Origin: Amoebidium appalachense | Lineage: Eukaryota > Protista > Ichthyosporea | Assembly (NCBI GenBank): GCA_963693365.1 | Contig: CAVNZM010000017.1 | Location: 783,989-847,988 of the forward strand | Direction: 5' to 3' | DNA: 64,000 nucleotides | Part shown: one piece after another, positions 1 to 27,367 of the stretch | Position numbering within the stretch: position 1 is the first letter of the stretch | Layout: every line of letters begins with the position of its first letter | The notes under the pieces: model-generated | The model's database searches: none | Told to the model about the DNA's origin: nothing | Seen by the model: only the letters and a program-made list of their open reading frames with translations | Program-made: the position numbers and the translations under genes

Positions 1-7
1 TGTGTGT

Positions 8-39
<32 letters not shown>

Positions 40-496
40 GAGGGAGGGGAAGGAGAGGGAAATAGGTCACCCCGATGGCCATGCAACTCAAAGAGCGCAC
101 ACATGCAACTAATATCAGTATTAACACCTCCTAACACACTCCACGATCTACTAGATACTACGTGTATGTGAGAAAGCACACATGCAAGCATATACCACCC
201 TCGGATGGAGGATATTTTATAGAACCACCGCCATATTTACAGACACCTATAATAAATACAACGTCAATTATGGTAACATCTACACCTGCCGTATATGGAA
301 CCAACACCATTTATGGAAACACCTATAATATATGCAACCAATGCCATTGATGTATGATAACACCAACACCTTCCATATCAGGAACTAGCACCATAAATGG
401 TTAAAACACCTACCAGATCTAGCCAGTGGCGCCTATGACACCTCCATAGCACATCCACCTCACGGCATAACGGTCGCACCTGCGGAAAAGTGGTCA

Positions 497-674
497 GAAA
501 ATCAAAACTCAGTTATCTACGCTCAATAAATATCACATTTAGATATGTCTAATGAAAATTGGTGAGTTACAGTTAGATTAACGGGCGCACGTGTGGGAAA
601 TGGCCTGAAAATCAAAACTCAGTTATCTACGCTCAAATAAATATCACACTTAGATATGTCTAATAAAAATTGGT
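497..674. repeat. Direct repeat of about 67 bp, two copies (497-563 and 608-674), probably a TE remnant
   Basis: GAAAATCAAAACTCAGTTATCTACGCTCAA..AAATATCACA.TTAGATATGTCTAAT.AAAATTGGT occurs twice. Confidence 0.7.
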
Positions 675-800
675 AGGTAATGGAAACGGCTAGGTTTACC
701 TCGAAATTTGGTGGCATTTCCAATAGGTGGACTTTGGACATGCGGCATCAACAGTATGCGTGTAATAGATGGTGTGCGTGGCTGTGTGTGTGTGCGTGAC

Positions 801-849
<49 letters not shown>

Positions 850-1129
850 TCGTTTGTGTGTGTGTGCGTGCGCGCACATGTGTCTGTGCATGTGTGTGTG
901 TGTGTGTGTCTGTGTGTGTAAATGTTTGGAACGTACAGCTTTTTTACGAGGATTTAAACCGCAGCTATTTCGAGCAAGGGTCTTTTAAGTTGAGGGAAAC
1001 CACCAGCAGACACACAGGCGATGAGAAAGAAAGGGGGGGGGGGGGGGGAGGGGGGGGGGAGAAGGGGTGGGAGGTGTGGTAGGAGACGGGTGAGGTGGGG
1101 GGAAGGGGGGGGGGGGGGTTTGAAACATA

Positions 1130-17153
<16,024 letters not shown>

Positions 17154-17316
17154 GGTGTAGCGTGCACAGCCACGGCCACGCACGAAAAAAACCTTGAAGC
17201 ACACACGCACGGACACGACACACAGACACACACAAACGCGCACTCCCGCGCACACGTCGCTCGAGGGGAAACCTTTTGTTTGGTCCAGCCTGAGTTCGAG
17301 TCCGGCTCGTGCCTCC

Positions 17317-17356
<40 letters not shown>

Positions 17357-17427
17357 CCCTTCCTTTTTGAAAAAAAAATTTTAGCATGAGGTGAATACCC
17401 CCAACCCGAATCATCAAGCTGGGCCCT

Positions 17428-17489
<62 letters not shown>

Positions 17490-17501
17490 TTTATATACCC
17501 C

Positions 17502-17539
<38 letters not shown>

Positions 17540-17945
17540 AGGGCCGAAAATTCGCGCTTTTATTACATATTTTGTATTTTCCTACAGGCTGGATGGTATT
17601 CTCCAGAAATGTTCCTATAAAGCGTCCATCCCCTACCACCTACTGAGGCGGTGTCTCCCTTTTTTTTTTTTTTTTTTTTTTTTTAATTAAAAGCCGGCTG
17701 AGTAGATGTTAAACGTCGCTCGTGCGGGTGCTACCCTCAATTCCCAAGCTCCTAGGGTGTGACGTAATATTTGGCACGATATTTATTTGGCACGAGCCTG
17801 CAAAACGGTGAAAATGGGGCAGGAATAGGATGTCGCCCGGGGCTTGGGGAATCAATGGGGATACCCCTGGATGTGCTCCGCTGGCGTGCTGGTGCCCAAT
17901 AAATTCGTGCCACATTTTACGTCACCAGGTTCGTGCCAAATTATT

Positions 17946-18600
17946 TTCACATCACTCACTCGTGCTTGCCTCATGCCCCCCGTGTCCGTGGAGTGCAGGC
18001 CGTCGTGCCTGCACCCAAGGGGCTGGCCGAGGCGGGGGCCGCCAGGGGGGGTCCATGCCATGAGCCCCCCCCGCACCAGCCGGGGCTGGGCCCCGCCTCG
18101 ACATGCTTTATTGCCGCTGCAATCGGGCTGTGAGCCAGTCACAGTCGCATACGTACACCGTCATGTATACAGACTGAGAGGTGGGTGGGTGGGAGCCGCC
18201 GTGTGCTAGCCACCGAAAACGCAATCGTGCTAACAAAAACCGTACGTGCAGCACACGGCGAAAACGAAGGTGGCCTGCATCTGCAGTGTGCTGCGCCGGA
18301 AATACCGGCGCTGGTGGCGCCTGACGTCAGGCGCTGCGCCAGACCGATGTCAGCCGCCGCTGCGGCTGCGCCTGGCGCCGCGGCCCGTGACGTCATGGGC
18401 CGCCCGGCTGCCTGCGCCCGAAGTGATCCGTGAAACATCTTTCATCTGCTGCGCATATGAAACGTACATTCACATCACTCACTCGTGCTTGCCTCATGCC
18501 CCCCGTGTCCGTGGAGTGCAGGCCGTCGTGCCTGCACCCAAGGGGCTGGCCGAGGCGGGGGCCGCCAGGGGGGTCCATGCCATGAGCCCCCCCCGCACCA
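17946..18600. repeat. Near-perfect direct repeat of ~133 bp (17946-18078 and 18469-18600) inside a GC-rich unclassified element
   Basis: TTCACATCACTCACTCGTGCTTGCC..TGAGCCCCCCCCGCACCA occurs twice. Confidence 0.9.
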
Positions 18601-18896
18601 CAAGGCCCCCCTACTGCGATGTCTCCGCCCCAAGGTCCCGTGGCGAGGCCCTGGTGTGACCAGACGGTGGCAATGGAGGCTTGCACGTCGCGGTGGGGCA
18701 GCCGGATGTAGACCATGAATGCGTCTGATGCCCAGCGGCCAAGGGCTTTGATGGTGGCGTCAGGTAGGCCCGCTCTCTCAGCTGCAATGGCCCCCCCTAT
18801 GCGCAGGCTGTGGCCGGCGTACTATGATGGTTGTGATGTGACGCCAGTAAAGGCGTGCTGGCTTTTACCCCAGCGAGAAGAGGATGAGAAAAAAGA

Positions 18897-18969
18897 TGAT
18901 CCCGACGGGATTTGAACCCGCGACCCCTCTATCTCCGGTCGAGAGCTCTACCAACTGAGCTACGAGATC
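18897..18969 (-). ncRNA. tRNA-like gene with an aberrant anticodon arm (nominal GGA)
   Basis: GATCTCG-TA-GCTCAGTTGGTAGAGC-T-CTCGA-CCGGAGA-TAGAG-GGGTC-GCGGGTTCAAATCCCGT-CGGGATC-A followed by TCTTTTTT; acceptor, D and T arms intact; C33, a G30-A40 mismatch and a short variable loop. Confidence 0.8.
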
Positions 18970-18975
18970 GGTTAA

Positions 18976-19267
18976 GATCTCGCAGGCCACCAGCCGATCA
19001 TGATCTGATTCATGCGATCGGACTGGATAACGATACCATCTTCCAACAGCTCCGTCAGATCTTCGATCTCGTTGTTCCCGATCCAGATGCCGGCCGGTGG
19101 CAGTTCCCTGTCGTCGTCTCGTTTCTCTTCAACCTGCGTGTCTCCACCTCCGTTGCCTTGACCCCTTCATGTTTTGAATGGGGCAGTGATGGTTCCTTGT
19201 CCATCAAGTTGCCCTTCCGCAAGCAAGGCGCTGCCAAGCCCAAGCTGGTTGTTGGTCCCTGCCTCCT
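18976..19267 (+). pseudogene. Tyrosine recombinase, N-terminal part of the catalytic domain
   Basis: FLFNLRVSTSVALTPSCFEWGSDGSLSIKLPFRK: box-I Arg and catalytic Lys spacing. Confidence 0.7.
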
Positions 19268-20288
19268 TGTGGTATATAATACCGGATATCTAGTATGGAT
19301 GTACACAGGTTGAGATATACGCGCGTGTGTACATGTATATATACCAGTGTTTGATCTTAGGTAGGCCAGTATGCATGTCCCCCCCAGTCTTGTGCACATG
19401 AGCATGGATTTAGACATATGTGCACGTGCAGCTTGCAGGATTATTCATGGGAAAACAGATATAATAGTCACATGGGACCGACACGTAGTAGAGGAACCAT
19501 AAGCGTTTATGTCATAGTTTTATCATGGGAAAATATGCAAGTAGCCGTGAGGTATGACTGTGGAATGCATCGCTAGTCAAGTACTGTCACCCGATTGGCT
19601 CACTTAGTTTATTGGAACCGTGATGCCATGGGACAGAACCGTGAACCGTATGTGATTGGCTCTCGTAGCCAAAAGGACATACCGATGCTCATGTCTGAGC
19701 CGCTGTGCGTGCTCCGATATAAGGGCCTGTTTGGCAACCCGGGTTTAGGGTCCTAAATCCGGATTACGGGCGATTTTGGGTTTAGCGCTAAATCCAAATC
19801 TCAAAATCCAGCCGTGCCAAACAGACGGCCAGATCCGGTCACGTAAATCTGGGTTTCAAACCCCTCGGACATGGCCGTAATCTGGATTCCACTAATCCAC
19901 CTCGGGAGGTGGATTAGCGCGAAATCCTTTCAGGTCCTGAATGTCCGACCCAATGAATGTTCATTTTATGGAACTATATATGGTGTCCTTTTGCACCAAT
20001 CGTCGATAGTTTGAAGTGGCCAAAAAAGGATTGTTGAAAGGGCGCCAATTTCTTTCTTTTTTTTGTTATGGTGTGGGCGGGGGGATAGTGCAAGAAACAT
20101 CTTTTACGTGTAGAAGTGAGTATGATGTAGTGATCACCGTTTGAAATCATTGTTTTAGTGTTCGGCCTCGCCGCCTGGTGCAGCATTAGTAGGAATACAA
20201 AAGTACTCAGAATGACCTTTGCAACATCATGTGCAGAAAGGTGTGTGTGTGTGCAGTTGTTTTCTTTTCTTTTACCTACTATCTTTCT

Positions 20289-20327
<39 letters not shown>

Positions 20328-21213
20328 GGGGACGGGACGGACACATGTCACTGCACGATTCAGTGCTCATTTACTATTCACCAGGCACCCTGTGCCCTGC
20401 TCGTGTAGTCAACCCACATAGCTGCAGCAATTTGATCTCTTCTGGCATCTGCCTCTGCCTCGTCTTCTTGTTGGTTTTGGTTGCCCCTGCCTAACACAGA
20501 GTTAAAAAACATCAAGGCCTTTACATCAAGCATACAGTCTTATAAATCATCCCCCTACCCACCCCCTCCTTTCCCCTGGTTCCCCACACACACCAACAAC
20601 GCTGCCGCCGCTCAGAGGCACACTCCATCCCAACTCGAGCAATATCAGTCACACCACAAAAACCACATCAAAAAAACGTGCAGACGCACACTCCAACCCA
20701 TCTTGACCCGTTGCCCACCACAAAACCAGAGAACAAAATAAAAACAAAAATAACTGAAAAACTGGTAGAGGAAGAGAAACAAAACCAAATGCAACCAAAG
20801 ACTTACCACGTGTAGGCAAGTTGTGCTGCTCTTCGTCTGAGTAGTGGCTATGCTCCTCCGCGTTGTGCTTTTTTATAAAGTTCATAAGTAGAAAGCACAC
20901 AAGAATGATCTTCGAGAGCATCTTAGGACAGTAGTTGGTGGCTTTCTGGAGTATCTGAAAGCGGTTTTTCAGCATACCATAGAACCGCTCAATGACCACC
21001 CGCGCCTTGGCATGCCTCAGGTTGAATAACTCCTTCGCATTCTGAGGACTAGAACACGACACATGAATAGACAACACCAGACACTTCAACATCAATATGA
21101 CAGTGTGTGTGTGCGCGTGGCTGTTTGTGTGTGTGCATGTTCGTTTAGTGTGTGCACGCGGGCATGACCCGTGCGGGCACACGCGGACGCATGTGTGTGT
21201 GCGTATTTGTACA

Positions 21214-21369
21214 CGTGAGTCTGTGTAGGTGTTTGTGCATGCGCGCACGGCCTTCAGGTTGGATGTGTAAACTATCTATCTCTCTTTTTCTCGTGAGTCT
21301 GTGTAGGTGTTTGTGCATGCGCGCACGGCCTTCAGGTTGGATGTGTAAACTATCTATCTCTCTTTTTCT
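21214..21369. repeat. Tandem duplication of ~78 bp in the Harbinger intron
   Basis: CGTGAGTCTGTGTAGG..CTATCTATCTCTCTTTTTCT occurs twice. Confidence 0.9.
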
Positions 21370-21393
21370 CTCCCTATCCACTCTCTCTGTGCA

Positions 21394-21469
<76 letters not shown>

Positions 21470-21981
21470 AGTGTGTGTTTGTGTGTGTGTGCAGAACAAA
21501 AGGAAACAGGAAAAGTGACATATACTAATCCGTCTCAGCAGATTAGCCTAAGTCTACGATCGAGATCGGGGGGGGGGGGGGGGGGGGGGGGGGGGCCGGG
21601 TCCACAGATCATCAAGATCAAGACCGAGGCCTCAAGATAGCTGTGCAGCTGCGTGCATCATCTTGCCTCTGCCGGCGCAGGGCAGGACCACGTCAGCTGG
21701 GACAGCCGACCAATAGAATTCTAATTAGTGTGTAGGATAGATCGTAGGAGGACTTAGGAATGTGATTGTTCGGGCAGAAGCCCTTTTGGGGGTTTACGCT
21801 GTTTACTCGAGGCAAAGAGAACCAGTCTCAGGTATGGGGGGGGGTTTTGCTCGGAATATCCCCTCAGCGGTATATCATGATCACGTACATAGATGTCGGG
21901 TGGTGACTATATATCAGGGTTTACTTTCTCTACGAGACACCATAAAGACTATAAGGAGAAATCAATTAGTTGGGGTTCCCC

Positions 21982-22026
<45 letters not shown>

Positions 22027-22056
22027 GGGCTCCCCTCGGGACACTCGGTATCAGCT

Positions 22057-22110
<54 letters not shown>

Positions 22111-22114
22111 TGCG

Positions 22115-23674
22115 CTATAATTTTGTAGTGATGTGTTTCTCAAGCCAATCAATGCATCTAATAAACAGGTCGTAGTTACGCGTGTTTAGTATAAAATCAA
22201 GGATGTTGTAATTTACAGGTAGGCTATCTTTCTGGGTGTCTGTTGTGAATGTGACGTGTGTGTGTTGCGGTATTATGTGGTCTATCAAACTACATTTGGC
22301 GATACATGACCGGTTAAACTGGTGTGTGTGTGTGTTGTTTGGGCATGCAAATGATGCCACCTTATACTTATTAGATCTCCACTGTATAGCACGTGTACAG
22401 TAAAAGCGTGGTAATTGATCAATAATACCATCAGCTAGAGAAAGACCAGTTCTACAGGAAGGTAATATGTATTTAGGTGTTATACATTTGCGAGTGCCAT
22501 ATTTGGCAATATGGTTGAGGCGGTCAGTATATATAAAACGAGACATAAGGCTTAGTTTTTCAAGGTGTATGCTTTCATCGGGTCTAGTGTCGTGTGGTAT
22601 CTTTTTCCATTTGTTATATTGCGTGATTATCTTGTGATTGTGTACATGTTTAATAAGTAAGTGGCAGTCCAAAGTCACACACACACTATTGCGGGGTTTA
22701 TTTGTATTTGTGCCCAGGGGAGAAGGGGAGAGAGAGGGGAGGAAAGAGGGGAGAGGTGAGGAGGGGACAGGTCGGATAGAGAAGAGAGGGTGGGAGGGCA
22801 AATACTTCTTTAAGCGGCTTATGTGCTTATTGAATTTCAGCGCGAGATAGGATACTCTAGCAGCTATTGGGACCAGACCATATATCGAGAGCGTTACAGG
22901 CCCAGGTTTACAACAGTTGTTAGATAGAAAGGAGGCAACTTCTGCTTCAAGGAAATTTGCCAAGGGTTTAAGCGCTCTAGTTCTCTCTTTCTTGATCCAA
23001 GCGGCGAGAAGGGGTAAACCATATTCACATGCCGGGAAGACAAAAGTGCGAATAAATGTAAGTCTAATAGAAGGATGGAGGGGTGTGTCTTTAAAAATAT
23101 TAGCCGAGAAGAAAGCTAACCGCTTACGAGCCAACTCTACCCTCTTTTCGACCATATGGGGAAACATAACACCAACAGAATCAACCGGAACACCAAGATA
23201 TTTGTATTCTGGAACTATAGGTACAGGTTTAGATGATAATGTAAATGTGTGTAAATTGTTAGCTATATCAGGTACAAGAACACCACATTTGTCTATGTTA
23301 AGGATCATAAGGTTTGCCTTGCACCACTCTGACACTACATCGAACAATCTTTGCAGGCGTCTAGGGGTACGGGCAAGGAGGGACAGATCATCAGCATAGA
23401 GAAGTGCAGGCGGAAAGTTATTAATAGGGTCATCGTTTTCGGCGTAAATCTTGACAGCCAAATCATCTATAAATAGGTTAGGGGTTTACGCTGTTTACTC
23501 GAGGCAAAGAGAACCAGTCTCAGGTATGGGGGGGGGGTTTTGCTCGGAATATCCCCTCAGCGGTATATCATGATCACGTACATAGATGTCGGGTGGTGAC
23601 TATATATCAGGGTTTACTTTCTCTACGAGACACCATAAAGACTACAAGGAGAAATCAATTAGTTGGGGTTCCCC

Positions 23675-23712
<38 letters not shown>

Positions 23713-25541
23713 AAGGGGCTAAGCAATGAACCCTGCAAGAGACCTCTAGTACGAGCAAAACCATATGAAAGATGCCCATTAACCACAGCTCTACCATAGG
23801 TTTGAGACAAGAGTGCTTCTAACAGAACACCAATGCAGTGTGGTACACCCCGTGCAGCAAGCTTTTCCCATAGGAGACCAGGGGAGACAGAATCGTAAGC
23901 AGTTTTCCAATCAATAAAGCCAACATATTGTGCACCAACTTGCATAGAATCGTGCAGTGCCATTATTTGAACATAACATGAATTGTTTTTACGAAAAGCG
24001 GATTGGCATGGGTGTATGTGAAGAATAGATTGAAACCTAGGGTGATGTGCAAATAACCTAAGTAAGCAAGCTTCAAAGAATCCACGAACAACCTGGGTTA
24101 GTGTAATGGGGCGAAAGGATGATATGGGGCCCTCAGAGTCCTTCTTAACTATGGGGATCACTAAGGTATTTAACCAAGATGACGGGACATGTCCACATTT
24201 AACACACCAAGAAAAGAGAGAACTTAACATGATAGTAAGATCAGGTTTAATAGCACGATCACTTTCCTTTTGTGGGTAGGAGGGAACAAGGATTTTAAGA
24301 AACCCAGCAGGGAGTCCATCAGGTCCACAAGACTTACTAGAGCTATAACTAGATATCACAGACCATATGGCATCGGGACTGAAAAAGGGGAGGATCGATT
24401 CTATGGGGATAGATGGGTCTACAGGCCACACAATAGGTTTCTGAGCGAGGGTCCTATCTTTAAACAGTTCCGAGAAATACTTATCAGAGTCTATGAGGGG
24501 GTCTCCAGTGGTATCACCAATAATACGAGCAGGGGGGCCAAATCGATTCATACTAGCAAGCCGGCGCAAGCTTTCCTTTTGAGACAGGGGTTCACCTAGT
24601 CTAGCGGGAGTGGTGTTTGGTAACAAGAGAGCATCGGGATATTCCTTCCTACCACCGCCAGCATAATCACCGAGATCTATCAAATCATCAACAATAAAGT
24701 TAGTGCATGTATCTAGTACGAGATGTGAATCTGGCCTGGCTTGTGCAGATTCTAATAGGCGCATATATATAGGGTGTTTCGTAGCATAGCATACACATAC
24801 ATCAACTCTACCCCACTGTGACTTAAGCTGGGATAGACGGAGGCGAAAGGTGGGAGGAGGAGGGGGGAGCAGATCAAGGGAGATCTTAGGTAGGAAAAGG
24901 ATAGGAGAGTGGTCAGATGACCTAGAGAGGTTAGGAGGGAGAGAGAGTTTTGACATGGTTGATGGCCAAAAGGCCACTCCCCAGTCGGTGTTGTGGGCAT
25001 GGGATATTTGAGGGAACCGCAAAGTGTGACTTTGGACATACCTTGCTAAAGGGATAGCACGCTCCGGGGGCTTAGATGGATACCCGACACTCACTTGCAG
25101 TGTGTCTGTGTGGTGGAGTCGCGTGTTAAAATCACCTAAAATAACAGTGGACATTCAAGTTGGTAACTGTGACAACTCGTGAATCAATTCGACAACCGAC
25201 ATAGATGGTGGGTAATATACAAAAGTAAAAACATTAGAAAGAAACTCTATAGAAACCGAGAATTCCGTTTTTGCTACCGGTTTGCACTTCACTCTCACGT
25301 GTGGTGCGGCAAGTACAATAATGCCTCGGTTTTTCGCGTAACCGGGGTGTGTGGATGTGTCGACCGATGTAGAGTTGAATTTGTGGTGGTTTTTAAACTG
25401 TGTTTCGCAAATCACTGTAAACGTGTGGTTGTTTGTCTGTTGTTGTATGTAGCTGATTTTATCGTCGAGTGTCCCGGGGGGGAGGCCCTTTTGGGGGCCC
25501 AGTGTCCGAGCATTCCAGAAGAAGAAGGATAAATTAGGCAT
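22115..25541 (-). pseudogene. LINE ORF2 (APE endonuclease plus reverse transcriptase), with an in-frame TGA and an insertion
   Basis: WNARTL, ICET, YYPPS, GDFN, SDH (APE); KSCGPDG, FRPITL, QSAFR, DWKTAYDSV, GLLQGSLLSPFL|NLFIDD, LLYADD, YKYLG (RT); TGA at 25155-25157; insertion at 23481-23706. Confidence 0.95.
23481..23706 (-). mobile_element. 5'-truncated copy of the same LINE (3' terminal ~226 bp) inserted into its own RT domain
   Basis: Matches 21789-22022 with one substitution plus homopolymer differences; removing it restores ..SPFLFNLFIDD; no TSD. Confidence 0.92.
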
Positions 25542-26718
25542 CGGTTTGGTCCGACACCTGTGGGGTTGGTTCCCACTTGTCGCTTACGGGGTCGTATGCA
25601 CGACCTTCCGCCAGCGCGAACAGTTCGCAGAAGAGCTCGATTTCCATCTCGCATCGGCGTTTGCGCTCGAGCAGTTTCTCACCAGAAAACATTGGTTCCT
25701 TCGTGTCCGTGTCTATCACGCTCGTAGCATCGTTTTCCAACTTTGCGAGGAACTCTTTTGCCTTGCTGATGCGTACACGACAACGTGTGGCGCACGCATT
25801 CTTAGCAGACACTTTACGTTCTTTGTCTGCTTTCTGAATGTTTTCCGGCGCGCATGGGTCGTAGCTTGGGAGGTGGGTGAAGAAGCTTCCACACCCCTTT
25901 GTCGCGTCACGGATGAACGCACGGTTATAGTCGCCCCGTACTGCTACTTCCAGCACATCGTATCCAATGAAGGACAGACAAAGGATGCGAGAGCACCGGA
26001 AGCCGAGAGCCTTGAAGATGGACCACATGGCCCTGTGTGGGCGTCTGCCGTGCTTGACTTTGAAATACACCCTCTCATATTTGGGTGGGATGTTGATGTT
26101 ACCGTTTGCTTGGGTGTTCCCCTTAGCCGGCGGTTTGGGAGGGGAGTTGCGGCGGTACTCGTTGCCTGCAAGAATGCTGGCATATGTTTCCTTGGCAATT
26201 TGGCGGAGCTCGGGTGTTTTACGAGAGTTCGCATATTCTAGGAACTCTGCCGGGAGCTGTGCTTCCGGTCCTGTGTTGTTTTGTGTTGGGGTGGAAATGT
26301 CTCCGTCGCGAGATGTTTGCTCATGAGTTTTGGGGTTTTGCGATCCACTAATGTTTAGCTGGGCTGTGAGTGAATCAATGGTGAGCTTGAGTTGGGTATT
26401 TTCTGTTTGGAGTTTTTCTATCATGTTCTTGAGTGGTAACAGCTCATTTAGCTGTTTCTTAACGAGGGCAAGTTCTGCCAGTACTGTATCAACCGAAAGT
26501 TTCGGCATGGTTGTTATTGTGTTTCTACGGAGTGGTGTGGTGTTATTCTGAATGGGTAGTGTATTGTAAATAGGTGTTGCGCTTAGTCTAAGGCGATGTT
26601 TTTCTGGTTGTGCATCTGTGGTAGGTGTATCTGCTGGACGTTTTAATGGTTGCACATGTGTGATGGGTGTAGATGGAACTTTGAAAGAGGTTCTGAAACG
26701 ATTATAGGCATGTGCCAT
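25534..26718 (-). CDS. LINE ORF1 (coiled coil plus C-terminal putative RNA-binding domain)
   Basis: 394-aa open frame upstream of ORF2; heptad segment LAELALVKKQLNELLPLKNMIEKLQTENTQLKLTIDSL; its stop overlaps the ORF2 start (ATGCCTAA). Confidence 0.85.
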   Translation of the reverse strand: MAHAYNRFRTSFKVPSTPITHVQPLKRPADTPTTDAQPEKHRLRLSATPIYNTLPIQNNTTPLRRNTITTMPKLSVDTVLAELALVKKQLNELLPLKNMIEKLQTENTQLKLTIDSLTAQLNISGSQNPKTHEQTSRDGDISTPTQNNTGPEAQLPAEFLEYANSRKTPELRQIAKETYASILAGNEYRRNSPPKPPAKGNTQANGNINIPPKYERVYFKVKHGRRPHRAMWSIFKALGFRCSRILCLSFIGYDVLEVAVRGDYNRAFIRDATKGCGSFFTHLPSYDPCAPENIQKADKERKVSAKNACATRCRVRISKAKEFLAKLENDATSVIDTDTKEPMFSGEKLLERKRRCEMEIELFCELFALAEGRAYDPVSDKWEPTPQVSDQTDA

Positions 26719-27355
26719 GACATGGATGGGGGTGTTCCCCGGCCCTTAGGGCCACGGATGGCCTGGTTTAGGGGTGGATGCGCGAAGGATACTATTTATT
26801 AGCAGATAATAAAAAGCGACATTTGAATCGATGTGTGCGACTGAATCGATGTGTGCGACTGAATCGATGTATTCATATAGTACTACATAGTTGGAGCAAA
26901 CTGTCTTTTGTAAATATTGGCAAGTTCTGATAGTGTATGCTGCCAAACGTATTTATATATTTCGATGACAGAGGAAAGGGGGGAGGGAGGGGGGAGGGAG
27001 ATAGTATGAAATGTAGAATTAGACTCTGCGGTGCCACTAGGGGAAGGGTGAGGGGTGAGACTTGGATAAATACATTAGTTGAGTAGATCGACTTAGCTCG
27101 TGCAGGCGCACGATAAAAGTAGATCGGAATGTTAATGGAATGTGGCATCGTAGGGGGCCAGGTGATGATGATCTTGTAGGGCACGGCCTTGATGGCCACA
27201 GTCGTTACTTAGACTCATTCCGTTCGGATCTAAGTTGCCCGTCGGAGCCTGGTCTTAATAAACTTTACCGTTTTTCTGTACACGTTCGTTCCTTTTCGTG
27301 TGTGTACACTTAGTAGAGTGCCGCGTCTCTAGTACACATATATTAGGATACGACA

Positions 27356-27367
27356 AGCTACACCCCC
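27356..27367 (+). promoter_or_regulatory. Non-canonical primer-binding-site position, AGCTACACCCCC
   Basis: Directly follows the CA end of the 5' LTR; lacks TGG; reverse complement is GGGGGTGTAGCT. Confidence 0.5.

Larger units (their letters stand above)
21789..26904 (-). mobile_element. Apparently full-length APE-type non-LTR retrotransposon (LINE), antisense inside the 5' LTR
   Basis: 6-bp TSD CTTTTG (21783-21788 and 26905-26910; single copy in the intact 3' LTR); ORF1 plus APE-RT ORF2; 18-bp tandem repeat in the 5' UTR (~26825-26870). Confidence 0.95.
21516..27355 (+). repeat. 5' LTR (21516-21788 plus 26911-27355), split by the LINE
   Basis: Matches the 3' LTR apart from about 2 substitutions and homopolymer-length differences. 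Confidence 0.95.

Noticed and set aside
17280-17320. B-box-like GTTCGA motifs (also ~46245 and ~58445) as tRNA genes or SINE heads
   Set aside because: No A-box and no cloverleaf.
21789-22022. Independent poly(T)-tailed SINE present twice
   Set aside because: It lies inside the LINE's TSD and pairs across the A-tract with the LINE 3' UTR, so it is better read as the LINE terminus.
25546-26241. 231-aa plus-strand ORF and similar antisense ORFs over TE and F-box genes
   Set aside because: Shadow frames of real genes on the opposite strand.
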